A DNA stretch of 64,000 nucleotides from Rhizobium sp. Q54 (GCA_945875865.1 CAMCMF010000001.1:1395-65394), one strand, 5' to 3'; counted from the stretch's first letter, positions 9,483 through 18,814 are shown. Program-made: numbers and translations. Notes: generated by a model not told the origin, from the sequence alone.

Positions 9483-9875
9483 TTAATCAGTTACTAATTC
9501 AAAATGTGGTAAGTCGTAAAAGTTTTGATCTTTCAAATCGTTGTCAGAATCCCAATCTCCACCCCATCTGATTTTAATATTTAGCATCTGTGCAATTCCC
9601 TGAACTCTGCCAGCGAAGTGGTAAAAACGATTTTTATCATTCCAATCAACTGGCCATGGCGCAACATCAACTGCGAGTGATGGTGTTTTGTTGTGCATAC
9701 CGCCTGATTTTATTTTTGATTTGCCGGCGTTGAATGCTTTTAGCTGATCTTCATCTGATCTGTGACCTTCAATGATAGTGCAGTCGTAATGCTTAATCAC
9801 CTCATTGAAGAGTTTCTGTAAATCTGGGTGGCAAGTTGATAATTTCGTTAATGAATCTTTTCCGAATTGCGGCAT
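9483..9875 (-). CDS. endolysin, peptidase M15 (VanY / L-alanyl-D-glutamate peptidase-like)
   Basis: EGHRSDEDQ (H-x6-D) and DLPHFE (His) form the Zn ligand pattern of the M15 family. Also has GGMHNK and AVDVAPW. Located in the lysis cassette. Confidence 0.8.
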   Translation of the reverse strand: MPQFGKDSLTKLSTCHPDLQKLFNEVIKHYDCTIIEGHRSDEDQLKAFNAGKSKIKSGGMHNKTPSLAVDVAPWPVDWNDKNRFYHFAGRVQGIAQMLNIKIRWGGDWDSDNDLKDQNFYDLPHFELVTD

Positions 9876-9882
9876 AAATTTT

Positions 9883-10179
9883 TTATTTGAGTTTTATATG
9901 ATCACCAAGAAGAGAAATAAATCCGGCGGTTAGAATGGTTACGAAGCCGATGACGATGCATTTAACCAGAATTCTGAAGCTGTCCTTCTTCGCCATACGA
10001 AATGCCTTTAGAAGCTCGCGCAAATCACGGATATCAGTTGGTGCGTTTTCATCATGAAGACCCAGTTCTGTTAAAGCCTGTTTAGCTCCTTCTTTTGAAG
10101 CCTGCTCAAGCAGTAATTCCAATTCGCATTTGGTGATGATGAATTCTCCATCGTCAGATTTTTTGATTTTACTCCACAT
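9883..10179 (-). CDS. small membrane-anchored protein (possible holin/antiholin partner)
   Basis: 98 aa with a single C-terminal TMD, CIVIGFVTILTAGFISLL. Located between tail gene D and the endolysin. Confidence 0.35.
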   Translation of the reverse strand: MWSKIKKSDDGEFIITKCELELLLEQASKEGAKQALTELGLHDENAPTDIRDLRELLKAFRMAKKDSFRILVKCIVIGFVTILTAGFISLLGDHIKLK

Positions 10180-11170
10180 TGGATAGTTTGATGATTGCGG
10201 TTACTTGGGTTGTGAATCCTTGGTCAGTAAGCGAGTGGTTAACACTCGTGATGATCCAATTTTTGTTTTTGAGATATTTGATATCGGTGAAAGTGATCTT
10301 GTTTTCAGCGCTGAGTTTTGGATTTCCTGTAGTGGAAAAATTTAAGTTTTCTGCGCCGCGTTTAAATTCAGAGAGTTTTGCTTTTGCTGCGGCAAGCGCT
10401 CTGTCAGAGCTAACAAATTTATATCGCATCGTGTAAGCTGGATCGCCGGTTCCAGCAAAAACATCTTCTTCTTTTCCGGTGGCGAAGTTGTGCCATTTGG
10501 CAATCACTTTGCCAAATTTTTCCATGTCAGAAACGCGAAGTTTCCAATCACTGATTTGTGAAGCAGAAAATTTTGTCGTAGGAAGTTCTTTGCCGTTTTC
10601 TGAAACGCTTACTCCTCTTCTAAAAAAGAGCAGCCTTCCAAGTGACAGCTTTGCAAAAGCACCATAACTTTGCGCCAGAGTGTTAAGAAAAGAGATGTCA
10701 CTTTCGTCAGTTTGATCTAAATGCGAGATGTAGATTTGTTTAAAATAGTCATCTATCGCCGCCTTGAAACCATGGTTGTTGGCAATCGCAGTAATGATTC
10801 CAACCAGCGTGTATCCGTGCCAAGATTTGCTCTTCGGAGCTTTGATTTTTTTGCTTAAATTTTTGTCGAGAGTGTTGCTTGCCTTGCCAGTAATTCGCAT
10901 CTGCAAAGGTGGCGATGAGACTTCGACATCATCAACAATGTAGCTTCCCATCTTTGTTAGAGGCTTGTCTTCATAACCAAGAGAAACTTCCAAGACAGCA
11001 CCGCGTGGCGGTATTTCCAATTTCTCATCGCGGTTGTCTAAAAGGATTTCACAAGTGTCGGAAACCAAACCAGTTTCGTCAGTGATGTTTATCGAAACTA
11101 ATCTTTGCGCGATTAACGCTGTAACATCTTTCTTATCGGCAGTAATTTTGAATGCTGGATTCACGACCAA
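10169..11170 (-). CDS. gpD: phage late control gene D protein (P2 gpD-like tail/baseplate hub)
   Basis: 333 aa. Position after gpU/gpX matches P2 order. N-terminus PAFKITADKKDVTALI..RLVSINITDETG is typical of gpD. Confidence 0.8.
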   Translation of the reverse strand: MVVNPAFKITADKKDVTALIAQRLVSINITDETGLVSDTCEILLDNRDEKLEIPPRGAVLEVSLGYEDKPLTKMGSYIVDDVEVSSPPLQMRITGKASNTLDKNLSKKIKAPKSKSWHGYTLVGIITAIANNHGFKAAIDDYFKQIYISHLDQTDESDISFLNTLAQSYGAFAKLSLGRLLFFRRGVSVSENGKELPTTKFSASQISDWKLRVSDMEKFGKVIAKWHNFATGKEEDVFAGTGDPAYTMRYKFVSSDRALAAAKAKLSEFKRGAENLNFSTTGNPKLSAENKITFTDIKYLKNKNWIITSVNHSLTDQGFTTQVTAIIKLSNVE

Positions 11171-11367
11171 AGTTTAACGCTTTCTGTTTCTTCTTCCTGA
11201 GCCAAATCTGGTAAAACAATTTTTACGCCGGCACTAAATATCGCGCCGAGTTCTGCAAGGTGACGATTGGCTTCTAAAACTTTTTCAACTGTTCCCGAAG
11301 CGCTTCCATAATACTTCCAGCAAATTGCATCAAGCACATCACCATCTTTTGTGACATAAGTAATCAT
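11161..11367 (-). CDS. gpX: phage tail protein X (P2 gpX, LysM-like)
   Basis: 68 aa. GDVLDAICWKYYG....VEKVLEANRHLAELG..F.AGV.I.LPD is the gpX signature. Confidence 0.8.
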   Translation of the reverse strand: MITYVTKDGDVLDAICWKYYGSASGTVEKVLEANRHLAELGAIFSAGVKIVLPDLAQEEETESVKLWS

Positions 11368-11858
11368 ATTGCTTTAACGATGTTTTGAATGATTCCTTTA
11401 ACGCCTGGTTTTGCATCTTCGCCATAACGCTTAAGACTGATTGAAAATTCGATTTTAAGTGGTGCGCCATCTTTCATGAAAACACTTTGGTTTTCTGAAA
11501 TTTTTACGATGCACCATTTACCAAAAGCATTGCCGTTTCCCGAAATCAAATACAGCGGTTTGCCAATTCCGGCTTCAGCGCGCATCAACGTAACCTGACG
11601 CAAACCTCCTTTAAAGTGCGGATAAATCACGCCATCAAGATCAATTGTTTCCACACCAAATCCTGTGAATTGCAAAGCTGGATCAGCACCAATTCTGTTA
11701 ACTTCCTGCCAGCGATATTCGCTTTGTCTTTTTAGACTTTGAAAAGCGGCGGAGCTGATTGCGAAACGATAAGCACCAAGAATCATCATCATGTTGATTC
11801 CAAGCGCGCTGTTTAAATTCAGCTTGCCACCAAGGTTTTTAAAGGAATCGAAAATCAT
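11364..11858 (-). CDS. gpU: phage tail protein U (P2 gpU-like)
   Basis: MMMILGAYRF...YRWQEVNRIG..PALQFTG.G.ETIDLDGVIYP..KGG aligns with P2 gpU from memory. Confidence 0.75.
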   Translation of the reverse strand: MIFDSFKNLGGKLNLNSALGINMMMILGAYRFAISSAAFQSLKRQSEYRWQEVNRIGADPALQFTGFGVETIDLDGVIYPHFKGGLRQVTLMRAEAGIGKPLYLISGNGNAFGKWCIVKISENQSVFMKDGAPLKIEFSISLKRYGEDAKPGVKGIIQNIVKAI

Positions 11859-14179
11859 TGATCGTAGTTCAAAGCGAGTTTTCTTGCGGATAATTTTCTA
11901 AAAGTTTCATCAATGGCGATTCGCACCTGATCAGCAATTTTTTTCTCATCCATATTGCCTCCAGCGTTTATTGTGATCGGCGCAGAAATTGAAATTTGCT
12001 GTGCTGAATTTCCGCTTGTCGGGGCTGTAATATTTGGCATTTCGAAGGATGGAATTTTTCCAATATCGCTTTTGTTTGATTCAAGATTGCTCACAACATT
12101 TCCAACTGTTGAAGAGCTTGAATTTTTTGCATCAGAATTTCCGCTGACAAAATTCCACGCTTTTCCGGCAACATTTGTGATTGAGCCAACAACTGATTTT
12201 AAAGGCTCAACCAGTTTCATCACCCAATCAAAAGCACTTTTCACCCATCCAATAATTCCGCTAAAAATATTCTTAAAAAATTCTCCAACCGGCGTCCAAT
12301 TTGCAATTAGCAAAGTTGCAGCAAGTGCGATTCCTGCAATTATAAGTCCAATTGGATTGCTGATCAAAGCCAAGCCCATTGCACGAATTGCAGTGGTGAT
12401 AACTGGCATTGCCAGACCAACTAAAGTAACAGTTGTTCTGAAAGCCAGCAACACGCCTTGTGCTGTTAAGAAAGCACCTCTTACAAAAGTAAAAGCATAA
12501 CCAAGAGCGATAGTGGCAATTTTCAAGCCAATGATGCTAACAACAGTCAGTCCGATATATTTGGTTAATACCGGGAATTTCTCTGAAAAATTACTGACCT
12601 TCAAAGCCATACCTGCAATTTCTCTGGCAGTTGTTGAAATGGTTGGAAGCAATGTATTTCCAAGTGAAATGCCAATTGATTCAATTGCAGAATCAAGCTC
12701 AAGAAACGAACCGCGAGTGGTATTGCTTAATCTATCCGCCATCGCTTTTGCAGTGCCGTCAGCGTGATTGACTTTGTTTAAAACCTCATCAACCGAACCG
12801 GTTTCAAATCCTTTGAATATTGCTAAAGCGCCGGAGGTTGAATAAGTGCCAAAGATGTCTTTGATGACGCTAAGTTTTTTATCGTCAGAAAGATTCTTTG
12901 TTGCGTTGTGTAGGTCGCGTAAAATATCGACCATTGATCGCATTTTGCCTTTATCAAAAATCTTTACACCAAGACCTTTAAGCCTGTTTTGAGCAAGCAA
13001 TGCTTCTTTGGCAACGTCCGGCATTTCTTCGGCGCTGATCTTCATTTCATCACGCATTTGACCCAAAGCCTTCGAACCAGCTCTTGCCGGAGCAGCAAGG
13101 CGCAAATATGCTGATCTCAACATAGTTCCCGCCATTGTCGCCTGGATACCAGCGTTACTTAAAACACCTGCGAGTGCTGTAGTTTCCTTTAAACTTCCGC
13201 CAACTGCCGCTGCCGCAGGTGCAACGAATTTCATCGTTTCACCAAGCATTTTGACATCGGTGTTGGTGGCAATTGCGGCTTGCGCCAAAACATCCGCCGC
13301 TTCTCCAGCTTGTTCAGCTTTCATGGCAAAGCCGTTTAGGATGTTTGAAACAATCTCTGCGGATTGCCCTAACTCCATATTGTCGGCAATTGCTAGATTC
13401 AGAATCGCCGGAGTCGCTGCCAAAATCTGATTGGTGTTAAAGCCAGCCATGCCCAGAAATTTCATGCCTTGGGCAGCTTGAGCAGAAGTAAATTGAGTGG
13501 TATTTCCTAACTCTCTTGCTTTAGCAGTGAGCTTTTTAAATCCTTCAGAATTTGCCGCTTCCTCAGTTACAGCTCCTACCTGAGCCATTGCATATTCAAA
13601 ATCTACCGCTGGTTTAACTACAGAATAAAGAACTGCTCCAAGTGCAACCGCATCTCCCATCTGCGCGCGATAATTAGCGCGGTTAGAAAGATTTTGTGAT
13701 TTGGCATCGGCATTTGCTTGAAGGGCTGCCTGTCTCTTTTTTAAAGTTTCGAGAGTCTTTCCTAAAACCTGTTGCTGCTGATTGAGATTTTTGAAATCAA
13801 CGCCAGCGGCACTTAAGGCTTTGCCCATTTCGCGAGTAGCTTGCGCTGACTCCATGAAAGCGGTTTTTGCTCTTTGTGCAGCCGTCTCTGCCTTACGAAA
13901 ATTGTTCTGAAGCTCTTTAGAAGGTTTGTCGGTTTTGCTGATTTCCGCGCTTAAAAGATTCAGCTTTTGCTTCGCTTCCTGATATGCTAGAGACGCTTCT
14001 TTTGTGGCGCGCGATGATTTTCTGAAAGCCTCAATTTCTCCCGCTTTATCATTTACCTTTTTGATTGCATCGCCAAGAGCAGAGAGCTGTTTATTCGCTC
14101 CGCTGAAAGAATCTCGGAATGATTTTCCCAAATCAGCACCGATTAAAATCGATACGGCAGCGTGAGTTGAGTTGGTCAT
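11855..14179 (-). CDS. gpT: tail tape measure protein
   Basis: 774 aa, Ala/Gly/Lys-rich coiled N-terminus with central hydrophobic segments. Lies between gpE/E' and gpU. Confidence 0.9.
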   Translation of the reverse strand: MTNSTHAAVSILIGADLGKSFRDSFSGANKQLSALGDAIKKVNDKAGEIEAFRKSSRATKEASLAYQEAKQKLNLLSAEISKTDKPSKELQNNFRKAETAAQRAKTAFMESAQATREMGKALSAAGVDFKNLNQQQQVLGKTLETLKKRQAALQANADAKSQNLSNRANYRAQMGDAVALGAVLYSVVKPAVDFEYAMAQVGAVTEEAANSEGFKKLTAKARELGNTTQFTSAQAAQGMKFLGMAGFNTNQILAATPAILNLAIADNMELGQSAEIVSNILNGFAMKAEQAGEAADVLAQAAIATNTDVKMLGETMKFVAPAAAAVGGSLKETTALAGVLSNAGIQATMAGTMLRSAYLRLAAPARAGSKALGQMRDEMKISAEEMPDVAKEALLAQNRLKGLGVKIFDKGKMRSMVDILRDLHNATKNLSDDKKLSVIKDIFGTYSTSGALAIFKGFETGSVDEVLNKVNHADGTAKAMADRLSNTTRGSFLELDSAIESIGISLGNTLLPTISTTAREIAGMALKVSNFSEKFPVLTKYIGLTVVSIIGLKIATIALGYAFTFVRGAFLTAQGVLLAFRTTVTLVGLAMPVITTAIRAMGLALISNPIGLIIAGIALAATLLIANWTPVGEFFKNIFSGIIGWVKSAFDWVMKLVEPLKSVVGSITNVAGKAWNFVSGNSDAKNSSSSTVGNVVSNLESNKSDIGKIPSFEMPNITAPTSGNSAQQISISAPITINAGGNMDEKKIADQVRIAIDETFRKLSARKLALNYDQ

Positions 14180-14567
14180 GTTTTTATTTCGGAGTATTCT
14201 TTTTGAACATCAATTGCGGCATCGAAAAAAAGAGAAAAATCTTCTTCAGTCATTTCTGAGATTTCAGAAAGTTGCCAGTTGGTTATTTTCGAGAGGATGA
14301 TGATGGCTCTTGTGACATCCCCTCGGAATTGAAAAAACCCAAATAAACTTTTTGCAGATTTGAGTAATCAGCTTCGTCAAGCTCTTCAATTACCTTTGGT
14401 TCTACTTCACAAAGATTGGCAAAAAGTCTGATTTCTTTTTCTTCGTCAGAGGCGGTTTTCATTTTGGCGACCAAAAGACGATCTTTTATTTTTGATCGTC
14501 TCATGGTTAAATTGGTGAAAGTTTCACCAGTTGCTTCAACTGGATATTTAAGTTCAACTGTGTGCAT
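14176..14567 (-). CDS. tail assembly chaperone frameshift product (gpE+E')
   Basis: A -1 shift at T_TTT_TTC (14337..14331) opens a 53-codon frame (QFRGDVTRAIIILSKITNWQLSEISEMTEEDFSLFFDAAIDVQKEYSEIKT). It ends at a TGA overlapping the tape-measure ATG (ACATGACC). Confidence 0.7.
14283..14567 (-). CDS. gpE: tail assembly chaperone (P2 gpE-like)
   Basis: Taken from the internal ATG at 14567 (MHTVELKYPVE...). The longer ORF-track start at 14618 would overlap the divergent DUF167 gene. Contains the slippery heptamer near its 3' end. Confidence 0.75.
   Translation of the reverse strand: MHTVELKYPVEATGETFTNLTMRRSKIKDRLLVAKMKTASDEEKEIRLFANLCEVEPKVIEELDEADYSNLQKVYLGFFNSEGMSQEPSSSSRK
14331..14337 (-). 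promoter_or_regulatory. programmed -1 ribosomal frameshift slippery site T_TTT_TTC
   Basis: The zero frame reads GGT TTT TTC, checked against the gpE stop at 14285..14283. Confidence 0.7.
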
Positions 14568-14579
14568 ATTTTTTGTTAA

Positions 14580-14819
14580 ATGAAGATTTCTATAAAAGTG
14601 ATTCCCAACGCCAAACAAAACGAAATTGCTGAAGGTGGTTTTGATGAATCGGGCGCAAGAATATTAAAGATAAGAGTCAACCAACCACCAGAAGATGGAA
14701 AAGCCAACAAGGCGGCAATTGAGCTGTTAGCAAAATATTTAAAAGTGAAGAAAAGCGCGGTTTCTATAATCTCTGGCGAAACTTCGCGAAATAAAATTAT
14801 AGAAATTAAATTGGATTAA
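14580..14819 (+). CDS. DUF167 (YggU/UPF0235) family protein, antisense insert in tail operon
   Basis: 79 aa. IKVIPNAKQNEI....LKIRVNQPPEDGKANKAAIELLAKYLKVKKSAVSIISGETSRNKIIEI aligns with E. coli YggU (..PKASRD.I...VKVAITAPPVDGQAN..LVKFL...VAKSQVVIEKGELGRHKQI) from memory. Confidence 0.7.
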   Translation: MKISIKVIPNAKQNEIAEGGFDESGARILKIRVNQPPEDGKANKAAIELLAKYLKVKKSAVSIISGETSRNKIIEIKLD

Positions 14820-15316
14820 ATTCCTAGCGCCTTGCGAACATCAACCAACTTGTCCTGACCACCAATTTTTCTAGTCATGTTGTCGATATCGATTTCGATG
14901 AGTTGCTGCCCATCAATTTCAAGTGAGTAATAACGGCAAGCGATGGTGCATTGCAGCGTTCCTTTTTCTCCTGCTGATATTTTCCCCATGTCCATTTCGG
15001 TATACATACCGCGCAGTTTGATTATGATCGGTGAAACTGTGGTGTCGTCTTGCAAAGCACCACGAAGTGTCACCTGAACTGCATTACCACTGACCAGACC
15101 AAATTGCTTTAGAACATCTTTGTCATATTCAAGAAGTGTGAATGAGCCTTCGAGTTTTTCGACACCCATATCAACCATCACTGGAGAGTCCATGCCACCG
15201 GCACGGAACTCTTCAGTTTTGATGTTTAATTTTGGCGGATTTACTTCTTCAACTTTGCCCACATAGCCACGGCCATCAATAAACAAGTTGAAGTTCTTTA
15301 AAATTTTAGGAATCAT
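14816..15316 (-). CDS. gpFII: tail tube protein (P2 FII-like)
   Basis: 166 aa, directly downstream of the sheath gene. N-terminus IPKILKNFNLFIDGRGYVGKV.EV.PPKL is typical of contractile-tail tube proteins. Confidence 0.85.
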   Translation of the reverse strand: MIPKILKNFNLFIDGRGYVGKVEEVNPPKLNIKTEEFRAGGMDSPVMVDMGVEKLEGSFTLLEYDKDVLKQFGLVSGNAVQVTLRGALQDDTTVSPIIIKLRGMYTEMDMGKISAGEKGTLQCTIACRYYSLEIDGQQLIEIDIDNMTRKIGGQDKLVDVRKALGI

Positions 15317-15330
15317 ATTTGCTTGTTGTT

Positions 15331-16557
15331 TTAGTTAGAAAAAAGCTCTTCGAGATATTCATCAGTCATTCTTGAGCGGAATGTGATGTGCTCTGCCGGA
15401 TAAGGTGGAGTAAAGTCAAAATCGAAAGTGATTTTGCCTTGAGCGATTTGATCAGGAGTGTTTAACTCTGGATTGACAAAAGCATTACCATCAATGATTG
15501 CGCCGATGCTTTTCAGATAACGCAGGTAGTTATTAACTCCTTCCAAAACATCTTCGATATAAGTTTTGGTGATGTTACGATCTACCGCCCACAAGTGAGC
15601 TTTTAAAAGTGAATCGTTGATCATATCTGCTGTTCTTCTGCTTTGTAAGAACATCCATTTTGGATCAGCTGAAGCCGTTCTATTTCCCCACAACCTGAAA
15701 CCATCTTGCTGAATGATGGTGGCAATATCGTTTTCGTTTAAGAAGTTGGCGGTGCAGTTGGTATCGCCCAAAGCAAAATCAATCGGCTTAGAAATTCCAA
15801 CTATTCCGTTGATCACCATATTTGATGGTGACCACCAAAAACCCCGCTCATTATCTGACTTAGCAATAAGACCGGCTATTCTTGCAGACGATGGTTTTTC
15901 AGCGATGGTATTATTTGCTGTGTTTAAAATTTTCACCCACGGAAAAGCAGGATAAATTCTTGAGCTTCCCCAATCTTCACGATAATGAACCGCATCGGTT
16001 TTGTTGGTGTTTGGACAGTCAGCGACAATTATCGCCCTTAATCTTTCGGCAACAGTTAGAAGCTCGGCAACAACTGGATTTGCAACTGGTTCTTCGTCTT
16101 CATCAAGAGGTGTTTGGTGAGTAAATCCTGGTGCGATCAAAATTCTTGGAGTGACAGCAACTTCTGACTGTGCAGCAAGAAGTGCTGAAACGCCTTTGTA
16201 TTTGCCAGTAGTTCCATCAACGCCGCCAATAATATCGCTTAGAGTGATTTTGGTTGGATCAAGAACGCCGGAAGTTTTGTGAGCTGAATTATCAGGATCG
16301 GCAACATTGATCACAACAACCATTGCGCCAGTCTGTTTAAAGATCGCATCAAGTGCCGATGGAATGCTGAAATTGGCATCAGAGCCAAAAATCGTAACCG
16401 CTTCTGCTGGCGAACCTAGAATTAAAGTTGGTGTATTTACTGGTCCTTTGGAAGCTGTTCCAACCAGTCCAATTACACTTGATTTAACTGTTTGTATAGG
16501 GCGCGCACCATCATCTATTTCGATGATTTCTACGCCGTGTAGAAATTGCTCGGTCAT
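15331..16557 (-). CDS. gpFI: tail sheath protein (P2 FI-like)
   Basis: 408 aa. N-terminus FLHGVEIIEIDDGARPIQTVKSSVIGLVGTA is typical of sheath proteins. Confidence 0.9.
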   Translation of the reverse strand: MTEQFLHGVEIIEIDDGARPIQTVKSSVIGLVGTASKGPVNTPTLILGSPAEAVTIFGSDANFSIPSALDAIFKQTGAMVVVINVADPDNSAHKTSGVLDPTKITLSDIIGGVDGTTGKYKGVSALLAAQSEVAVTPRILIAPGFTHQTPLDEDEEPVANPVVAELLTVAERLRAIIVADCPNTNKTDAVHYREDWGSSRIYPAFPWVKILNTANNTIAEKPSSARIAGLIAKSDNERGFWWSPSNMVINGIVGISKPIDFALGDTNCTANFLNENDIATIIQQDGFRLWGNRTASADPKWMFLQSRRTADMINDSLLKAHLWAVDRNITKTYIEDVLEGVNNYLRYLKSIGAIIDGNAFVNPELNTPDQIAQGKITFDFDFTPPYPAEHITFRSRMTDEYLEELFSN

Positions 16558-16605
16558 AAGTTTTATTTTTTTGTTATTAGGAAAAAGTTATTCAGAAGGT
16601 CGTAA

Positions 16606-18306
16606 TCATAATTCAGCATCAGCTACCCAATGTAATCTTGCATAAACTCCAGCCGTCATGCCACTGGTAGCATAGACGCGTCCTATTCCTTTCGTGCCTC
16701 CTACCACTGTAGAAACATTCTTGGATGTAGAGCCTGCGATAAATGATCCCGCAGCACCAGTTGATGTGTTGTAAGCTGTGACGCTTGGTGTCGTTCGTTT
16801 GATGGATTTGAAATCAACATTTACACAAAGCAGAGTGGTATCAGCAGAATTAACATTTCCCCACGCCGCCTGATTTTCTTCTACAGTTCCGGTCGGAGTT
16901 TCTATGTTGTAGCTTCTTTCAAAATATCTCTGGCAAAGTTGTAACTCGTGTTGAATTGATCTTTGCTCAAAGGGTGTAGCAACGCTTCCGGACTCCAATT
17001 GAACGCCACAAATTCTAAAATTATTTGCAGCATTGTCGCAGGAATTGACCTGATTTGAAGTAGCTGAAAAATCTCCATTTTGCCAGGCATTTGGTGTGGT
17101 TTGATAATTGGAGCCAGCAGCCAAGCAAAATACCGCATTCAATGCAGTGCCGTTGGTATAGTTCCAAGCTCCAGCGCTAGGTGTGGCAGGAACGATGATC
17201 TTTTTATATTCCCAAGTGTCTGAGGCGTTTATGGTGTATTCAGCAACATAGCCATAATCTCCAGCGCCACTGGTAAAAGAAACGCAGTAGATACCAGTCT
17301 TGGTGGCTTTTACCCAAAATCCGAAAGTGAAAGTTTTTTGTGCAATCGCTAAAAAATTGTAGCCCTCGATTCTTTGAAAAAAGACCACTATATCGGACGA
17401 GCTGATAGAGGCATCAATCGTCTGGCAATCAATTAAAACTGAGTAATTAAATTTTCTTCCAGCTTGCGCGACAGTTGGAACATCCGTTGATCGTGAAATA
17501 TCATGAACGGCAGTGGTGTTTATTTTTCTGTAAACCCATCTGTCCGCGGTATATTGCTGATCAACAACACTTACAAAAGAAGTGCCTCGTTGCCAAATAT
17601 TAAAATCACCGTTGATGAGAATATTTCTGTTGGAAAACAAATCGGCTAATGCCAACTGGCCAGCGCCGGTAAAATAAGGAATTTTATTGATTGCACCAAC
17701 GAGTGCGGCAAAAGCAGCTAAGTTTGCAGCAAATGCTTGAACATCAGCACCAATTTCTAATCCAAGATTATTTCTGGCTTCGGAGGCATCTTCTACATCG
17801 GCAAGATTTTGTGCTTTAGCAAGTTTTTGTGCCAAAGCATCAAAAACATTTTCAGAAAAATTCGGGTCGTAATTCAGATTGTCGGATAACACCAAATTGA
17901 CTTGCGGTGTTCCACTAAATCCAAGAATCATCCGAACATACAATCTTTTTCCCGATCCGCTTGGAAGAGCTGGCTTAAAAGTTACCGGAAATTTTCCGAT
18001 TGCGAACAAATCTCCATCAGAATCAAAAATCCCAACTTCACGAACATAAAACGATCCAACTCCTTCATCAATTATTGCTTCAACAATTACCTGATTTGGA
18101 TTTTCTTCATCTATTTCAACATAAGTAAGAGTGGTTCTGTGAAGCTCATTTTGTAGGGCGGTTGCTGTTGCAAGCGGATTGTAAGAAGTTCCGTTTGAAT
18201 CACCAATTGCAAGATGAGTTAAATCAATTGGCGCACCTCCAAGGCTCGCAGCAGCATTTTTTGCCAAGCCTGTGTTGGTTATTATGCTGTAGTATTCTTG
18301 GGTCAT
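16606..18306 (-). CDS. gpH: tail fibre protein, paralogue 4 (P2 gpH-type N-terminal domain)
   Basis: 566 aa. The N-terminal ~225 aa is near-collinear with ORFs 20832..22535, 22561..24255 and 18815..20263. C-terminal domain is of the NGDFNIWQRG...QLESGSVATPFE...LCQRYFE type. Confidence 0.8.
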   Translation of the reverse strand: MTQEYYSIITNTGLAKNAAASLGGAPIDLTHLAIGDSNGTSYNPLATATALQNELHRTTLTYVEIDEENPNQVIVEAIIDEGVGSFYVREVGIFDSDGDLFAIGKFPVTFKPALPSGSGKRLYVRMILGFSGTPQVNLVLSDNLNYDPNFSENVFDALAQKLAKAQNLADVEDASEARNNLGLEIGADVQAFAANLAAFAALVGAINKIPYFTGAGQLALADLFSNRNILINGDFNIWQRGTSFVSVVDQQYTADRWVYRKINTTAVHDISRSTDVPTVAQAGRKFNYSVLIDCQTIDASISSSDIVVFFQRIEGYNFLAIAQKTFTFGFWVKATKTGIYCVSFTSGAGDYGYVAEYTINASDTWEYKKIIVPATPSAGAWNYTNGTALNAVFCLAAGSNYQTTPNAWQNGDFSATSNQVNSCDNAANNFRICGVQLESGSVATPFEQRSIQHELQLCQRYFERSYNIETPTGTVEENQAAWGNVNSADTTLLCVNVDFKSIKRTTPSVTAYNTSTGAAGSFIAGSTSKNVSTVVGGTKGIGRVYATSGMTAGVYARLHWVADAEL

Positions 18307-18809
18307 TCAATTGCTTCTATTTCTTCAACAGTTTTTGCGTTCTTTATTGCAGCTTCGGCTTCATTGCTGCGCTTGAAATTTTCATCGTTCCTTTCGGTTA
18401 TTTTTTGGTGTAAGACTTTAACAATTTCCGAAGTGAGTTCGACTGTGATTTTATTTCCTTTTCTATCTTTCGTAAAATAAGGCATGGAGCCTAAATTCAT
18501 TACTCTGGAAATTATTGAATCAGGGTCGGATGAAGGGTTTGATGGATGTCTGTTTGTGTAGAAAAGAAAATATGAACTCTTTTTAGTTTTCTTACCTGCT
18601 TTGCCGATGACAAAGGCTTTGCAATCAATAATTGGTTCAACGTTTTTTTTGTCACGAATAGCTTTTATTTCACAAATTTTTTTGAATCTAAGACCTTCTA
18701 TTTTGAAATTCTGAGCTTCTTTTTTGTTAGCTTTAACCCAAGATTTATCTGGTGTCCCACCAAATTCTGCAAAATTTCCAGTATGAATGTTTTTATAGGT
18801 GATAGTCAT
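18303..18809 (-). CDS. putative tail fibre assembly/chaperone protein, paralogue 2
   Basis: 168 aa. Paralogous to 20281..20835 (shared FYTNRHP.NP.SDPDSIISR.M.LG..PYFTKD..GN...LT.E....L.Q.ITERN). Position after a fibre gene is the only functional evidence. Confidence 0.45.
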   Translation of the reverse strand: MTITYKNIHTGNFAEFGGTPDKSWVKANKKEAQNFKIEGLRFKKICEIKAIRDKKNVEPIIDCKAFVIGKAGKKTKKSSYFLFYTNRHPSNPSSDPDSIISRVMNLGSMPYFTKDRKGNKITVELTSEIVKVLHQKITERNDENFKRSNEAEAAIKNAKTVEEIEAIE

Positions 18810-18814
18810 TTAGC

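Noticed and set aside
11955-12767. Antisense ORFs (181 aa and 84 aa) inside the tape measure gene
   Set aside because: They mirror the Ala/Gly/Ile-rich codon composition of the sense strand. The hydrophobic low-complexity products have no motifs.
14568-14618. Longer start (14618) for the gpE ORF
   Set aside because: It would overlap the divergent DUF167 gene start. The extra 17 residues (MFGVGNHFYRNLHLTKN) look non-native. The internal ATG at 14567 gives the usual gpE N-terminus.
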